Shown: positions 9,991 to 21,952, numbered from the stretch's first letter. The stretch is DNA of 64,000 bases from an uncultured Lachnospiraceae bacterium (GCA_946558465.1 CAMNTM010000010.1:1574-65573), one strand, 5' to 3'. Program-made: numbers and translations. Notes: generated by a model not told the origin, from the sequence alone.

Positions 9991-10062
9991 CACACCCGGG
10001 CGGATTCGAACCGCCGCTCCCGCCTCCGGAGGGCGGTGCTCTATCCCCTGAGCTACGGGTGC
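9991..10062 (-). tRNA. tRNA-Arg (anticodon CCG)
   Basis: Cloverleaf read on the minus strand: GCACCCG-TA-GCTC-AGGGGATA-GAGC-A-CCGCC-CTCCGGA-GGCGG-GAGC-GGCGG-TTCGAAT-CCGCC-CGGGTGT-G. U33 and anticodon CCG are in place, with a TTCGAAT T-loop. CCA is not encoded. Confidence 0.9.
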
Positions 10063-10299
10063 ATAATCTAAAACTACCTTTGTAATACTAACACATTTTT
10101 AGGACAAAGTAAAGAAAATGCTATCGACAAATCTCACATTTTTATAAAATTTACGCAGCAATTCGGACATACTGCTTTGCCCAACCTGCTGCGTAAAATT
10201 TTTATTCACCGTCCGCTCGTGAAATGTCCTTTGAATAACGTTATAGCTCTGAAAGACACCGCAAATACTTTTTAACAAGCACGGAAATGAATCATTTCA

Positions 10300-11175
10300 T
10301 CATAAACTGAGCTTCCCATAAGCACAGTCATAAAAATATGCTCTGTCTGAAAGAACTTCTTCCGGAGGCACCTGTGTCTCATTAATCTCCGAAATCATGT
10401 CACCTAGAGCTTTTTTCCCTGCGGCAGCGCTCTTCGGAAGAATAAGAGTCTCATGGACACTGCTTGGAAGAACATAATAATCTTCTCCTAGATATCTCCC
10501 AATCTCCGCAAGGCGTCCCGGATATAAAATCACAGAAGCTCCAAAGCTCCTAAGACAGTTAGTGAGTACATACAGACAATCTTCTCCGTTATCCTCACCC
10601 AAATCTGCAAGTTCCGCTATCACCGCACGCATTGTCTGAAATTCATAGGGCAGCAGTCTCTGCGTATTTTTACATGCCTGACTATAAATCTGGCTCTCTG
10701 ACACATTCCAAAACCTCAGATGCTCTTTTCTTACCGGCATCGCTGCTGTTCCATATTCACTTATCTCAAGCAGAACATAAAACACAACCGCAAGATCCAA
10801 ATACGATATATACGGCATCTCCTCCAATATATCCTGGTTTGCCCTAAGGTTAATCAGGCGGTAGACTATCCTGCTTCGCAGCTTATTATAATCCTTAAGC
10901 ATATCCTCCTGCCACCGTTCCTTAAAGCGTATCTTTCCATAAAGTCTTAGTATCTCTTCTACAATACTTTCCAGCGGCTTTCCCTGCTGAAACTGCCAGT
11001 AATATTCCTCCAGATAAATCGTAGGAGACACATTGCTGTCATCCTCTGAAAACAAAAGCCCGTGCCGGCTGGTTCCGTTATTTTTACGCGCCATGTATGT
11101 ACTTACACTCGCGCATTCTCTTATCTCCTCCTTCACCCTTAGTTCTATTGCCTGTACAAACTGCTGATAGGTCAT
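10300..11175 (-). CDS. conserved hypothetical protein (about 290 aa, Clostridia-type; family not confidently recognised)
   Basis: The track start at 11202 is TTG. ATG 11175 (MTYQQFVQAIELRVKEE...) follows AAGGGAG. The protein is soluble with no motif I can name. Confidence 0.6.
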   Translation of the reverse strand: MTYQQFVQAIELRVKEEIRECASVSTYMARKNNGTSRHGLLFSEDDSNVSPTIYLEEYYWQFQQGKPLESIVEEILRLYGKIRFKERWQEDMLKDYNKLRSRIVYRLINLRANQDILEEMPYISYLDLAVVFYVLLEISEYGTAAMPVRKEHLRFWNVSESQIYSQACKNTQRLLPYEFQTMRAVIAELADLGEDNGEDCLYVLTNCLRSFGASVILYPGRLAEIGRYLGEDYYVLPSSVHETLILPKSAAAGKKALGDMISEINETQVPPEEVLSDRAYFYDCAYGKLSL

Positions 11176-11232
11176 TCTTCTCCCTTCTGCATCAGGCAGC
11201 AATATTTCTGAAATATTATGGTATTACAATTG

Positions 11233-11267
11233 TAAAAAAGTCCTGCATAAAATGCAAGACTTTTTTA
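11233..11267 (-). terminator. intrinsic terminator of efp
   Basis: The minus strand reads AAAAAGTCTTGCAT-TTT-ATGCAGGACTTTTT. This gives a 14-bp stem (one G-U) whose 3' arm ends in a T-run. Confidence 0.7.
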
Positions 11268-11314
11268 TAACTTATGTTAAACATATAAGCGGCATAAAAA
11301 CCTAACACAGCTCC

Positions 11315-11872
11315 CTATGCTCTGGACAGATACTCTCCCGTACGGGTATCAATCTTAATCTTTTCTCCCTGCTCTACAAAAAGAGGCACCATAACCTGTG
11401 CTCCAGTTTCAACAATTGCCGGCTTAGTAGCTCCCGTCGCCGTATTTCCCTTTACTCCGGGTTCAGACTCTGTAATCTCAAGCTCTACAGTAAACGGAGG
11501 TTCAATAGAAAATACCTTTCCCTGATAGGACTTCATATTCACCATCTCATTCTCTTTTACAAACTTAAGAGCATCACCTACATCTGCTTTTCCCACCGGA
11601 GTCTGCTCAAAAGATTCCATATCCATGAAATAATACAAATCTCCGTCATTATACAAATACTGCACTTCTTTTCTTTCTATAAATGCCTTCTTTAAATTAT
11701 CCTTAGACGGATTAAACGTTCTCTCAACTACACCGCCGTTAATGACATCCTTTAATTTTGTACGGACAAACGCAGAACCTTTTCCCGGTTTTACATGTAA
11801 AAACTCTAAACATTCATATACTTTTCCATCAATCTCGTACGTAGTACCCTTCTCAATATAAGCATCTGCCAT
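11315..11872 (-). CDS. efp: translation elongation factor P
   Basis: 185 aa, with [18 protein letters not shown] (the KPGKG loop) and a C-terminal OB domain. AAGGAGG RBS present. Confidence 0.95.
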   Translation of the reverse strand: MADAYIEKGTTYEIDGKVYECLEFLHVKPGKGSAFVRTKLKDVINGGVVERTFNPSKDNLKKAFIERKEVQYLYNDGDLYYFMDMESFEQTPVGKADVGDALKFVKENEMVNMKSYQGKVFSIEPPFTVELEITESEPGVKGNTATGATKPAIVETGAQVMVPLFVEQGEKIKIDTRTGEYLSRA

Positions 11873-11934
11873 CCTATAAATCCTCCTTAGCCGCGCCCAG
11901 ACAGCGCTTTCATACTTTCTCTACCGCTTTTTCC

Positions 11935-11963
11935 ATTCTATAATAAATTCCTGTTTTTTTCAA
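11935..11963 (-). promoter_or_regulatory. candidate sigma-A promoter for efp
   Basis: The minus strand reads TTGAAA, a 17-nt spacer, then TAGAAT, about 60 nt upstream of efp. Confidence 0.4.
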
Positions 11964-12080
11964 GCCCTTTTTCGCCTTCAGCCTCTCATCCTTTGTCTTC
12001 GCTCTGATCTTTCTTCCGATTTGTTTCCAGCCTTCTTTTCATTTCTCTGTTGATTTGTTTCCGGTCTTCCTTCCATTTTT

Positions 12081-12587
12081 CTACTGGTTTTTCTTACGGC
12101 TTTTCATGTAAAAATGCAGCACAATCTTCTCCAGATATCGTTTCAGCACAATCTGAAACTCCTCCTTCGGATGAATCGGTTTCACAAGAATATTTGCTAT
12201 ACCTGTACGCTTTGCCCCCCACACATCTGTAAAAAGCTGATCTCCGACAAAAACTGTATTATTTCTGTCTGTCCCCATAATTTCCATAGCCTTAATATAA
12301 TTTTTCGTTGAAGGCTTATGCGCATCATAGACATAATCTACCTGAATTTTCTCATTGAACATCTTCACACGTGGTTCCTGGTTATTGGAAATCAGACAGC
12401 ACCGAAATCCCCTCTTTTTCAGCCGTTTAAACAGCGCTTCCGCTCTTGCATCTGCCGGAGCTCCATGGGGAACAAGCGTATTATCAATATCAAAAATCAA
12501 TCCCCGGTATCCCTCTTCATACAGCTTCTCAAAATCAATAACATAGGCAGATACAACATACCTGTCCGGAAAAAACATTTCAAACAT
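12081..12587 (-). CDS. YqeG-family HAD-IIIA phosphatase
   Basis: GLIFDIDNTLVPH (the DxD motif), ISNN and VFVGDQLFTDVWGA. Same neighbourhood as yqeG in Bacilli. Confidence 0.85.
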   Translation of the reverse strand: MFEMFFPDRYVVSAYVIDFEKLYEEGYRGLIFDIDNTLVPHGAPADARAEALFKRLKKRGFRCCLISNNQEPRVKMFNEKIQVDYVYDAHKPSTKNYIKAMEIMGTDRNNTVFVGDQLFTDVWGAKRTGIANILVKPIHPKEEFQIVLKRYLEKIVLHFYMKSRKKNQ

Positions 12588-13113
12588 CGCTCAATTCTCC
12601 TATCCCAGACACCTTTTCCATCAGTTCTCTGCATACCTCCGGAATTGTCTTATTTTCCGTATCTATCACATAATCTGCTGCTGCTTTGTATTTTTCCCTG
12701 CGCTCCTCCATAAGCTCAGCAATCCCTTCCACACTTCCTCTGCCGGAAAGTACCGGCCTGTCATGACTATTCCTTACACGCCTGTACACTGTCTCTGGAC
12801 TGGCTGTAAGAAGGACTGACTTTCCGATTTTCTTCAGCTCTGCAGCATTTTCTGCACGCATAGGCACCCCTCCTCCGCAGGAAATCACAATCTGCTTTCG
12901 TCCCTTAAATTCCCTCAAAAGTCTGGTCTCCAGACTGCGGAAATATTCCTCTCCGTATTCTGAAAATATTTCCGGAATACTTTTTCCCTCACGTTCTGCG
13001 ATGATTTGGTCCATTTCTGCCGATTCCATGCCGTATTCCTGTTCCAGGTACCTGGCTACGGCCGATTTACCAGTTCCCATGAATCCTATCAGAACAATAT
13101 TAAAATTCTGCAT
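12580..13113 (-). CDS. aroK: shikimate kinase
   Basis: NIVLIGFMGTGKS (Walker A) and ISCGGG. ATG 13113 follows AGGAGAA. The stop overlaps the yqeG start. Confidence 0.9.
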   Translation of the reverse strand: MQNFNIVLIGFMGTGKSAVARYLEQEYGMESAEMDQIIAEREGKSIPEIFSEYGEEYFRSLETRLLREFKGRKQIVISCGGGVPMRAENAAELKKIGKSVLLTASPETVYRRVRNSHDRPVLSGRGSVEGIAELMEERREKYKAAADYVIDTENKTIPEVCRELMEKVSGIGELSDV

Positions 13114-13164
13114 TTTCTGCTTTTCTCCTGTCCTGTATATTTTATAATCAAGCATTAAATCAAA

Positions 13165-13881
13165 TTATTTTGTTCTCTTAAGAGCTTCCTGAATATCTTC
13201 CTGAAATATTTTCCAGGCTTTCTCATCCTCCACAAAATATTTCGGACAGTTTTTCCCTGTCACATCATAATGCCGGATAACATCCCGGGCATCCAGATCA
13301 AATTTCATACAAAGCCACGCGCACAGCCGGACCATAGACTGATATGTCGCCTCCGTAAACTTTCCGCTCTCGTCAGGATGGCAGCATTCAATAGATACGG
13401 TATCATGATTACGCTCATTTGACGCGTACGCTACCTCCCAGGTAGGCACGCACTGCACAATCTCTCCCTCCAGTCCGATAACAAAATTACTGCTTGCCGA
13501 CGTCCCATGGTTATCCTTCAGTCCTTCAAAGTAGTTCCGGTTATCTATTGCCGACGCCCCTGGATTTGCTGTATAATGTACTACAATTCCGGTAATCTTA
13601 TCCGTCTCCGTCCCCGGCCTGGAATAAGGATTCACACTTAGAAGCTGTACATCTATCTCCGGCTTGGAGGCGTCTATCTCTTCACTGCTGAGTTCAAAGT
13701 ACCCCCTCGCGAACCACCCTGGCTTTATTAGTCTGAGTATCCCCAGCACTACAGCCAGAATACCTAATAAAATCAGGCCCAGGCGGATATACCTCTGGAC
13801 CTTTCTTTTCCTTTGCACCTCTGTCAGCCTTTTCTTATGTCTGTACTTCTGTCTCTTCATTTTTTCATTAGCACTCTCCAT
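13165..13881 (-). CDS. membrane-anchored N-acetylmuramoyl-L-alanine amidase (Amidase_2/PGRP type)
   Basis: N-terminal helix LGLILLGILAVVLGIL. Catalytic-domain motifs IVVHYTANPG, SIECCH and RHYDVTGKNCP. Confidence 0.85.
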   Translation of the reverse strand: MESANEKMKRQKYRHKKRLTEVQRKRKVQRYIRLGLILLGILAVVLGILRLIKPGWFARGYFELSSEEIDASKPEIDVQLLSVNPYSRPGTETDKITGIVVHYTANPGASAIDNRNYFEGLKDNHGTSASSNFVIGLEGEIVQCVPTWEVAYASNERNHDTVSIECCHPDESGKFTEATYQSMVRLCAWLCMKFDLDARDVIRHYDVTGKNCPKYFVEDEKAWKIFQEDIQEALKRTK

Positions 13882-14011
13882 CGTTTTATCCTGTTATATT
13901 CTAACACATCTTACTGATAAAACTATGAAAACTTCCTTATAAATTTATGAAGATTTCCACCTGCTGCTTTCACAGATCCATACAGAGACAAGATATATTC
14001 TGGCAGTCTTC

Positions 14012-15469
<1,458 letters not shown>

Positions 15470-15538
15470 TCATTCCCTCTCCTTTTAGTATATTACCTGC
15501 TATCATACAAAACCTTATCCCTGCTTGTCAACAACTTT

Positions 15539-16033
15539 TTACTTCCGGCGTATAACTTTTCTCGGAGCCATAAGAAAGATGCCTTCAATGATTGTATCAT
15601 TCGGCTCAAAAATTACTTTTGATATCTGTCCGTTGTCCACTGTTACAAACACATATCTCCTTGCTCCCTGCGCCCCGGAGCTGAAGTCAAATGTTCTTCC
15701 TCCCCGGAACTGACCAAGCTCCAAGGACTCCTCCGGCGCAAGAAGCTCCATATTTCCTATATTTCCGGAAAAAATTCTTTTACGCTTTGATTTATTCATA
15801 ATTTTATCAATATCCAGATCCCCATTTACATAGAGATATTCATACTCTACGTTCAGACGCCGTATAAGAAAAACTACCACTGTAATTACGATGACTGGAA
15901 TCAGAATACCTACTGGGAAGATAAATATAGTAAATACGGATGCAATTGCTACAGCTACAAGAAGTGCCTTTAGAAATACGTCCTTCATTGTTGTCTGTTT
16001 TTTTACCAGCTGTTCTGTATAAAAATCACTCAT
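15539..16033 (-). CDS. hypothetical membrane protein
   Basis: ATG 16033 (MSDFYTEQLVKKQ...) is preceded by GGAGGAAATAAAA. Two adjacent hydrophobic helices precede a soluble C-terminal domain. The track ORF extends 24 codons upstream into the repeat region. Confidence 0.65.
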   Translation of the reverse strand: MSDFYTEQLVKKQTTMKDVFLKALLVAVAIASVFTIFIFPVGILIPVIVITVVVFLIRRLNVEYEYLYVNGDLDIDKIMNKSKRKRIFSGNIGNMELLAPEESLELGQFRGGRTFDFSSGAQGARRYVFVTVDNGQISKVIFEPNDTIIEGIFLMAPRKVIRRK

Positions 16034-16071
16034 TTTTATTTCCTCCTGTTTGTGTTGTAATATGATTGACG

Positions 16072-16340
16072 ACGGGCGTTTCTGCAAAGAGCCCGGCTGT
16101 TTCAATGTGGGGCTGATTGTACGCCTTCGCCGGGCTCGGCTCGGTCATTGCGGCGGCTTGTAGAACGCCTTCGCAAAGCTCGGCTGATTCATTGCGGCGG
16201 CTTGTAGGACGCCTTTGCAAAGCTCGGCTGATTCATTGCGGCGGCTTGTAGGACGCCTTTGCAAAGCTCGGCTGATTCATTGCAGTGGCTTGTAGGACGC
16301 CTTCGCAGGCTCGGCTGATTGAGGATGGCGAAAGGTACGG
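16072..16340. repeat. tandem array of about six 44-bp units, non-coding
   Basis: Units begin at 16121, 16165, 16209 and 16253 with an exact 44-bp period. Consensus is ACGCCTTYGCAAAGCTCGGCTGATTCATTGCGGCGGCTTGTAGG. Degenerate copies flank both ends. Units at 16209 and 16253 carry the perfect 10-bp palindrome CTTTGCAAAG. Confidence 0.9.
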
Positions 16341-16434
16341 TTTTTGGCGTACGTTCAGCCGCGCCATTCGCAAACCGCACCTTTGGTGCTCTTCGCCGCT
16401 GCGCGGCTATTTTGCTCATAAACGGGCGCTCCCT

Positions 16435-16494
16435 CAGTCAGAATAAGCATCAAAAAATTTGTGCAAGCACATTTTTTGATGTTTATTCTGACTG
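16435..16494. repeat. 60-nt near-perfect palindrome (24-bp stem, 12-nt loop)
   Basis: CAGTCAGAATAAGCATCAAAAAAT (16435-16458) pairs with ATTTTTTGATGTTTATTCTGACTG (16471-16494). The single non-Watson-Crick position is G-U if the plus strand is transcribed and A-C if the minus strand is. The loop contains GTGCAAGCAC. Confidence 0.85.
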
Positions 16495-16530
16495 GCTGAA
16501 CTGTTATTGTATATTGTACCACACATACCT

Positions 16531-16561
16531 ATAAAAAGAAAACTCCCATGCAGGGAGTTTT
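16531..16561 (-). terminator. intrinsic terminator of groESL
   Basis: The minus strand reads AAAACTCCC-TGCAT-GGGAGTTTT followed by CTTTTTAT, 30 nt after the groEL stop. Confidence 0.75.
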
Positions 16562-16592
16562 CAAAAAATTTATGATTTTATGGGGTTGTATC

Positions 16593-18218
<1,626 letters not shown>

Positions 18219-18249
18219 TCATACGCCTCCTGATTCTTAATTCTATCTT

Positions 18250-18534
18250 TTACTCAACAACTGCAAGAATATCATCCTGCTTTACAATAATATATTCCTC
18301 TTCGTCAATCTCCACGGTAGTTCCTGAATACTTGGAATAAATTACCTGCTGCCCGACCGAAATGTTCATCTTTACTTCCTTTCCGTCTACCGTTCCGCCG
18401 GGACCGACTGCAAGGACCTCTGCCTGCTGCGGTTTTTCTTTTGACTGTCCGGGAATTACAATTCCTGACTTTGTAGTTTCTTCAGCAACTAACTGCTTTA
18501 ATACAACTCTGTCTCCTAATGGTACTAATTTCAT
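18250..18534 (-). CDS. groES: co-chaperonin GroES
   Basis: 94 aa, MKLVPLGDRVVLK..., immediately upstream of groEL. Confidence 0.97.
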   Translation of the reverse strand: MKLVPLGDRVVLKQLVAEETTKSGIVIPGQSKEKPQQAEVLAVGPGGTVDGKEVKMNISVGQQVIYSKYSGTTVEIDEEEYIIVKQDDILAVVE

Positions 18535-18566
18535 AGTGATTCCTCCTTATTGATATCTATGTTTTG

Positions 18567-18593
18567 TTAGCACTCACAAAAAGAGAGTGCTAA
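18567..18593 (-). promoter_or_regulatory. CIRCE operator (HrcA binding site)
   Basis: TTAGCACTC-N9-GAGTGCTAA is an exact match to the CIRCE consensus, between the promoter and the groES RBS. Confidence 0.9.
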
Positions 18594-18607
18594 AAACTTC
18601 TAGATAT

Positions 18608-18636
18608 AAAATAGCACTCTCTCTATGTTTTGTCAA
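18608..18636 (-). promoter_or_regulatory. candidate sigma-A promoter of groESL
   Basis: The minus strand reads TTGACA, a 17-nt spacer, then TATTTT, directly upstream of CIRCE. The spacer contains a half-CIRCE (GAGTGCTAT). Confidence 0.45.
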
Positions 18637-18647
18637 CACACTTTTAT

Positions 18648-18953
18648 TTAGTTTAGATTATTTTTATAAAATCCATTGCGGACACGAAATACAATGACTC
18701 TTCCAGCCCTGCTCCAGTATCTTTCCCTTATCATGCCGCTGCATCTGGTTTGTCCGTCCTCTGTATGAATTGTACATTCATAGATACTGTCCAGGGAGAA
18801 TAGTGTGATATCTGTTTTCCCCGTTAATAAGTATATGCTTTCTTCCTCGGTATTATACCGGATTATTTTACAGTGGTACACATTTTCATCAAACATACCA
18901 TCCTTTAGTATCACCTTCATCATCTGAAGGTCTGCAGGGCACTCTTCAAACAT
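18648..18953 (-). CDS. small hypothetical protein (101 aa)
   Basis: ATG 18953 (MFEECPADLQMMKV...) follows AAGGAGGATGGT. The longer track ORF would overlap the codY 3' end. The predicted all-beta-like sequence has no RxxxR or DxSxxG motif. Confidence 0.5.
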   Translation of the reverse strand: MFEECPADLQMMKVILKDGMFDENVYHCKIIRYNTEEESIYLLTGKTDITLFSLDSIYECTIHTEDGQTRCSGMIRERYWSRAGRVIVFRVRNGFYKNNLN

Positions 18954-18972
18954 ACCATCCTCCTTTGGAGCA

Positions 18973-19758
18973 TTATCCTCTGCCGCGCTCTGATTTGATG
19001 CGGTCCAGCTCTGTAAACACATAGTCATTTACAACCTTAATGTAAGTACCTTTCATTCCGGAGGAACGAGACTCAATCACCCCTGCGCTCTCAAATTTAC
19101 GCAGAGCATTTACAATTACTGAACGAGTAATACCGACTCTGTCAGCAATCTTGCTTGCTACCAGAATCCCTTCTGTCCCATTCAGCTCATCAAATATGTG
19201 AATAATCGCTTCCAGCTCAGAGTAAGACAATGTACCGATAGCAGACTGCACAATATGCTCTTTCCTTGTCTCCTCTGCATTTTCCTCATTTACAGACCTG
19301 AGCATCTCAAGACCTACCACTGTTGTTCCATACTCACTTAAAATAATATCATCAATTTCATACATCTGATCTTTTTTATAAATAAACAACGTACCCAGAC
19401 GTTCACCGGCAATATCAATCGGTGTAATGATAGCTTGATTTCCCTTTACTTCATCCTCTGAAAAACCTAGCGTCTGCAAATTTACATTTTCTTTTGTAGA
19501 CAAAATACTTAAAAGCCTTTCATTCAGCATACTGTCAATATGCTTTCCTACTTCATTCACAATCAGCTCCTCAATATACGGAACTCCCTCACATTTACTT
19601 TTCCCAAGCACCTTACCTTTCTTACTTACTACAAGCACATTTGAGTTCAGTATCTCTGTCAGGACCTCACATATATCGTCAAACACAACTTTACTCGAAT
19701 TATTATTGTGCAGTAACTTGTTGATTTTCCTAGTTTTATCTAACAATTGTACGCTCAT
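18973..19758 (-). CDS. codY: GTP/BCAA-sensing global repressor CodY
   Basis: MSVQLLDKTRKINKLL... and a C-terminal wHTH ASKIADRVGITRSVIVNALRKFESAG. ATG 19758 follows GGAGGGAA. Confidence 0.93.
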   Translation of the reverse strand: MSVQLLDKTRKINKLLHNNNSSKVVFDDICEVLTEILNSNVLVVSKKGKVLGKSKCEGVPYIEELIVNEVGKHIDSMLNERLLSILSTKENVNLQTLGFSEDEVKGNQAIITPIDIAGERLGTLFIYKKDQMYEIDDIILSEYGTTVVGLEMLRSVNEENAEETRKEHIVQSAIGTLSYSELEAIIHIFDELNGTEGILVASKIADRVGITRSVIVNALRKFESAGVIESRSSGMKGTYIKVVNDYVFTELDRIKSERGRG

Positions 19759-19820
19759 CGGCTTCCCTCCATTCTTTGAATGTATATTATCATACAATTT
19801 TATAACATTCAATGAATTTC

Positions 19821-21902
19821 CTAAATATTTTTGAGTTTTTCTTTATTTTCTGTAAATCCACATTGCTCGTTACTGCACAAGAGCCGGTTTCCTTTTTCAA
19901 TCATATAGCTTCCGCATTTCGGACACTTTTCCTTCGACGGCTTCTGCCAGGACATAAACTCGCAGTCCGGGTTATCCTCGCAGCCAAAATATCGTCTTCC
20001 CTTTTTTGTCTTTCTCACTACAACCTCTTTTCCGCAGTGAGGACAAGGAACACCTATTTTCTCAAGATATGGCTTGGTATTACGGCATTCCGGAAATCCG
20101 GGACATGCAAGAAACCTTCCGTGAGGACCATATTTGATAACCATCTGCCTTCCGCATTCCTCACAGATCTCATCTGTGACCTCATCTTCAATCTTCACAT
20201 GCTCCAGCTCCTCCTGAGCCTGTTCTACTGCCTCGTCAAGATCCGGATAAAAATTTTCGATAATCGTCTTCCACCTGACCTTACCCTCTGCAACTCCATC
20301 CAGCAGACTTTCCATATTTGCAGTAAAATTCACGTCCACAATACTTGGAAACGACTGCTTCATAATGTGGTCTACCACTTCTCCAAGCTCAGTCAGATAG
20401 AGATTTTTATTTTCTTTTGCCACATACCTTCTGGCTATAATTGTAGATATTGTAGGTGCATAGGTGCTGGGACGCCCAATTCCCAATTCTTCCAGCGTCT
20501 TAACCAATGCTGCCTCTGTATAATGTGCTGGAGGCTGTGTAAAATGCTGTCTTTTGTCAAAATTTTCAAACGCAAGCTTTGTATCCTTGTTAAGACCCTT
20601 AAGGAGCATACCTCCCTCTTCCTTCTCTTCTCCCGCCTCCGTATAAATCAAGCGAAATCCAGGAAAAACAATCTTGGATCCGGAAGCTGTAAACCTATAC
20701 CTGCCCGCCGCAATTTTTACAGATGCAGTCTCATACCTTGCCGCTTCCATACGGCTTGCAACGAACCTCTTCCAAATCAGCTGATAAAGGCGAAACTGAT
20801 CTCTTGTTAAAGAATCCTTAAGTCTTGCAGGGGTCCGGGACACATCTGTGGGACGGATTGCCTCATGCGCATCCTGAATCTTCTGCCCGCTCCCTTTTTT
20901 TGTACCTCCTGCTGATACATACTCTTCTCCGTATTCCTTTTCAATATAAGCTCTTACATCCGCATCTGCCTCATCAGATACACGGGTGGAGTCTGTACGA
21001 AGATAAGTAATCACGCCGACCGTGCCATTCCCTTTAATATCAATCCCCTCGTAAAGCTGCTGTGCAATTCTCATCGTTTTTGAAGTAGCAAAATTAAGTA
21101 CCTTAGAAGCTTCCTGCTGCAGCGTACTGGTAGTAAATACTACAGGTGCCTTTTTTAAACGTTCGCCTTTCTTTACCTCCGCAACAGAATATTCTGCTCC
21201 CTTAATCTCTTTTACAATCTGTTCCAGCTCTTCTTCCGAACCAATTGTCATTTTCTTATCTTCTAATCCATAAAATTTTGCAGTCAGCAGCTTCTTCTCC
21301 CCTGCTGCCTTAAGCTGTGCATCAAGCGTCCAATATTCTTCTGGAATAAAAGCACTAATCTCTTCCTCCCGGTCTGCAATAATCCTGAGCGCTACCGACT
21401 GTACCCGCCCGGCACTTAAGCCTCTCTTTACCTTTGCCCATAAAAGCGGACTGATTCTATATCCTACAATACGGTCCAGCACACGTCTGGCCTGCTGCGC
21501 ATCTACTAAATCCATATCTATCTCCCGTGCATTCTTAAGTGATGCCTTCACCGCATTTTTGGTAATTTCATTAAAGCTGATTCGGTATACCTTCTTTCCC
21601 TCAAGCTTAAGTGCCTGGCTTAAATGCCAGGAAATTGCCTCTCCTTCACGGTCAGGGTCAGTTGCAAGGTATATTTTATCCGCACGCTTCACTTCTTTTC
21701 TTAAGTTTGCCAGAATCTCTCCTTTTCCTCGTATCGTAATATATTTCGGCTCATAATCATGCTCTACATCAATCCCCATCTGACTCTTGGGAAGATCTCT
21801 TACGTGTCCGTTCGATGCCAGAACCGCATAATTGCTTCCAAGAAATTTTTTAATTGTCTTCACCTTTGCCGGTGACTCAACGATTACAAGATAATGTGCC
21901 AT
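19821..21902 (-). CDS. topA: DNA topoisomerase I
   Basis: MAHYLVIVESPAKVKTI (Toprim), DPDREGE, an active-site Tyr region, and three or four C-terminal CxxC zinc ribbons. ATG 21902 follows GGAGGA. Confidence 0.96.
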   Translation of the reverse strand: MAHYLVIVESPAKVKTIKKFLGSNYAVLASNGHVRDLPKSQMGIDVEHDYEPKYITIRGKGEILANLRKEVKRADKIYLATDPDREGEAISWHLSQALKLEGKKVYRISFNEITKNAVKASLKNAREIDMDLVDAQQARRVLDRIVGYRISPLLWAKVKRGLSAGRVQSVALRIIADREEEISAFIPEEYWTLDAQLKAAGEKKLLTAKFYGLEDKKMTIGSEEELEQIVKEIKGAEYSVAEVKKGERLKKAPVVFTTSTLQQEASKVLNFATSKTMRIAQQLYEGIDIKGNGTVGVITYLRTDSTRVSDEADADVRAYIEKEYGEEYVSAGGTKKGSGQKIQDAHEAIRPTDVSRTPARLKDSLTRDQFRLYQLIWKRFVASRMEAARYETASVKIAAGRYRFTASGSKIVFPGFRLIYTEAGEEKEEGGMLLKGLNKDTKLAFENFDKRQHFTQPPAHYTEAALVKTLEELGIGRPSTYAPTISTIIARRYVAKENKNLYLTELGEVVDHIMKQSFPSIVDVNFTANMESLLDGVAEGKVRWKTIIENFYPDLDEAVEQAQEELEHVKIEDEVTDEICEECGRQMVIKYGPHGRFLACPGFPECRNTKPYLEKIGVPCPHCGKEVVVRKTKKGRRYFGCEDNPDCEFMSWQKPSKEKCPKCGSYMIEKGNRLLCSNEQCGFTENKEKLKNI

Positions 21903-21952
21903 TGAACAGTTCCTCCATTTTGCCAGCATTACCCGGCATGATACTTGGATAT

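Noticed and set aside
10146-10201. A hairpin (AAAATTTACGCAGCA / TGCTGCGTAAAATTT) between the tRNA-Arg gene and ORF 10300-11175, as a terminator.
   Set aside because: The stem is 11 bp, plus 3 more after a mismatch, but the loop is 26 nt and the trailing T-run is weak. It may still terminate ORF 10300-11175, but I could not support it well enough to list it as a feature.
12017-12085. Two 34-bp direct repeats (GATTTGTTTCC...CATTT) at the yqeG 3' end, and a three-unit 33-bp periodicity (TTTACC anchors at 32167, 32200 and 32233) upstream of mtaB.
   Set aside because: There are only two or three copies, they are strongly degenerate, and they have no associated structure. I noted them as part of a general tendency of this genome to carry decayed intergenic tandem duplications, but they are too weak to interpret individually.
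16026-16534. Three track ORFs (16026-16220, 16189-16419, 16319-16534) covering the groEL-downstream repeat region.
   Set aside because: They are built from 44-bp tandem units, whose period is not divisible by 3. The protein repeats therefore drift in frame. They have no RBS and overlap one another on both strands. I treat the region as non-coding repeat.
19812-20810. A 332-aa plus-strand ORF, the longest ORF in the window without an assigned function.
   Set aside because: It lies entirely antisense to the highly conserved topA coding sequence and has no RBS. Its translation is low-complexity (rich in L, F, S, C, R) and typical of the reverse frame of a real gene. The same applies to the other long antisense ORFs inside groEL, glyA, the U32 gene, rnj, thiI, nifS, comM and the LCP genes.
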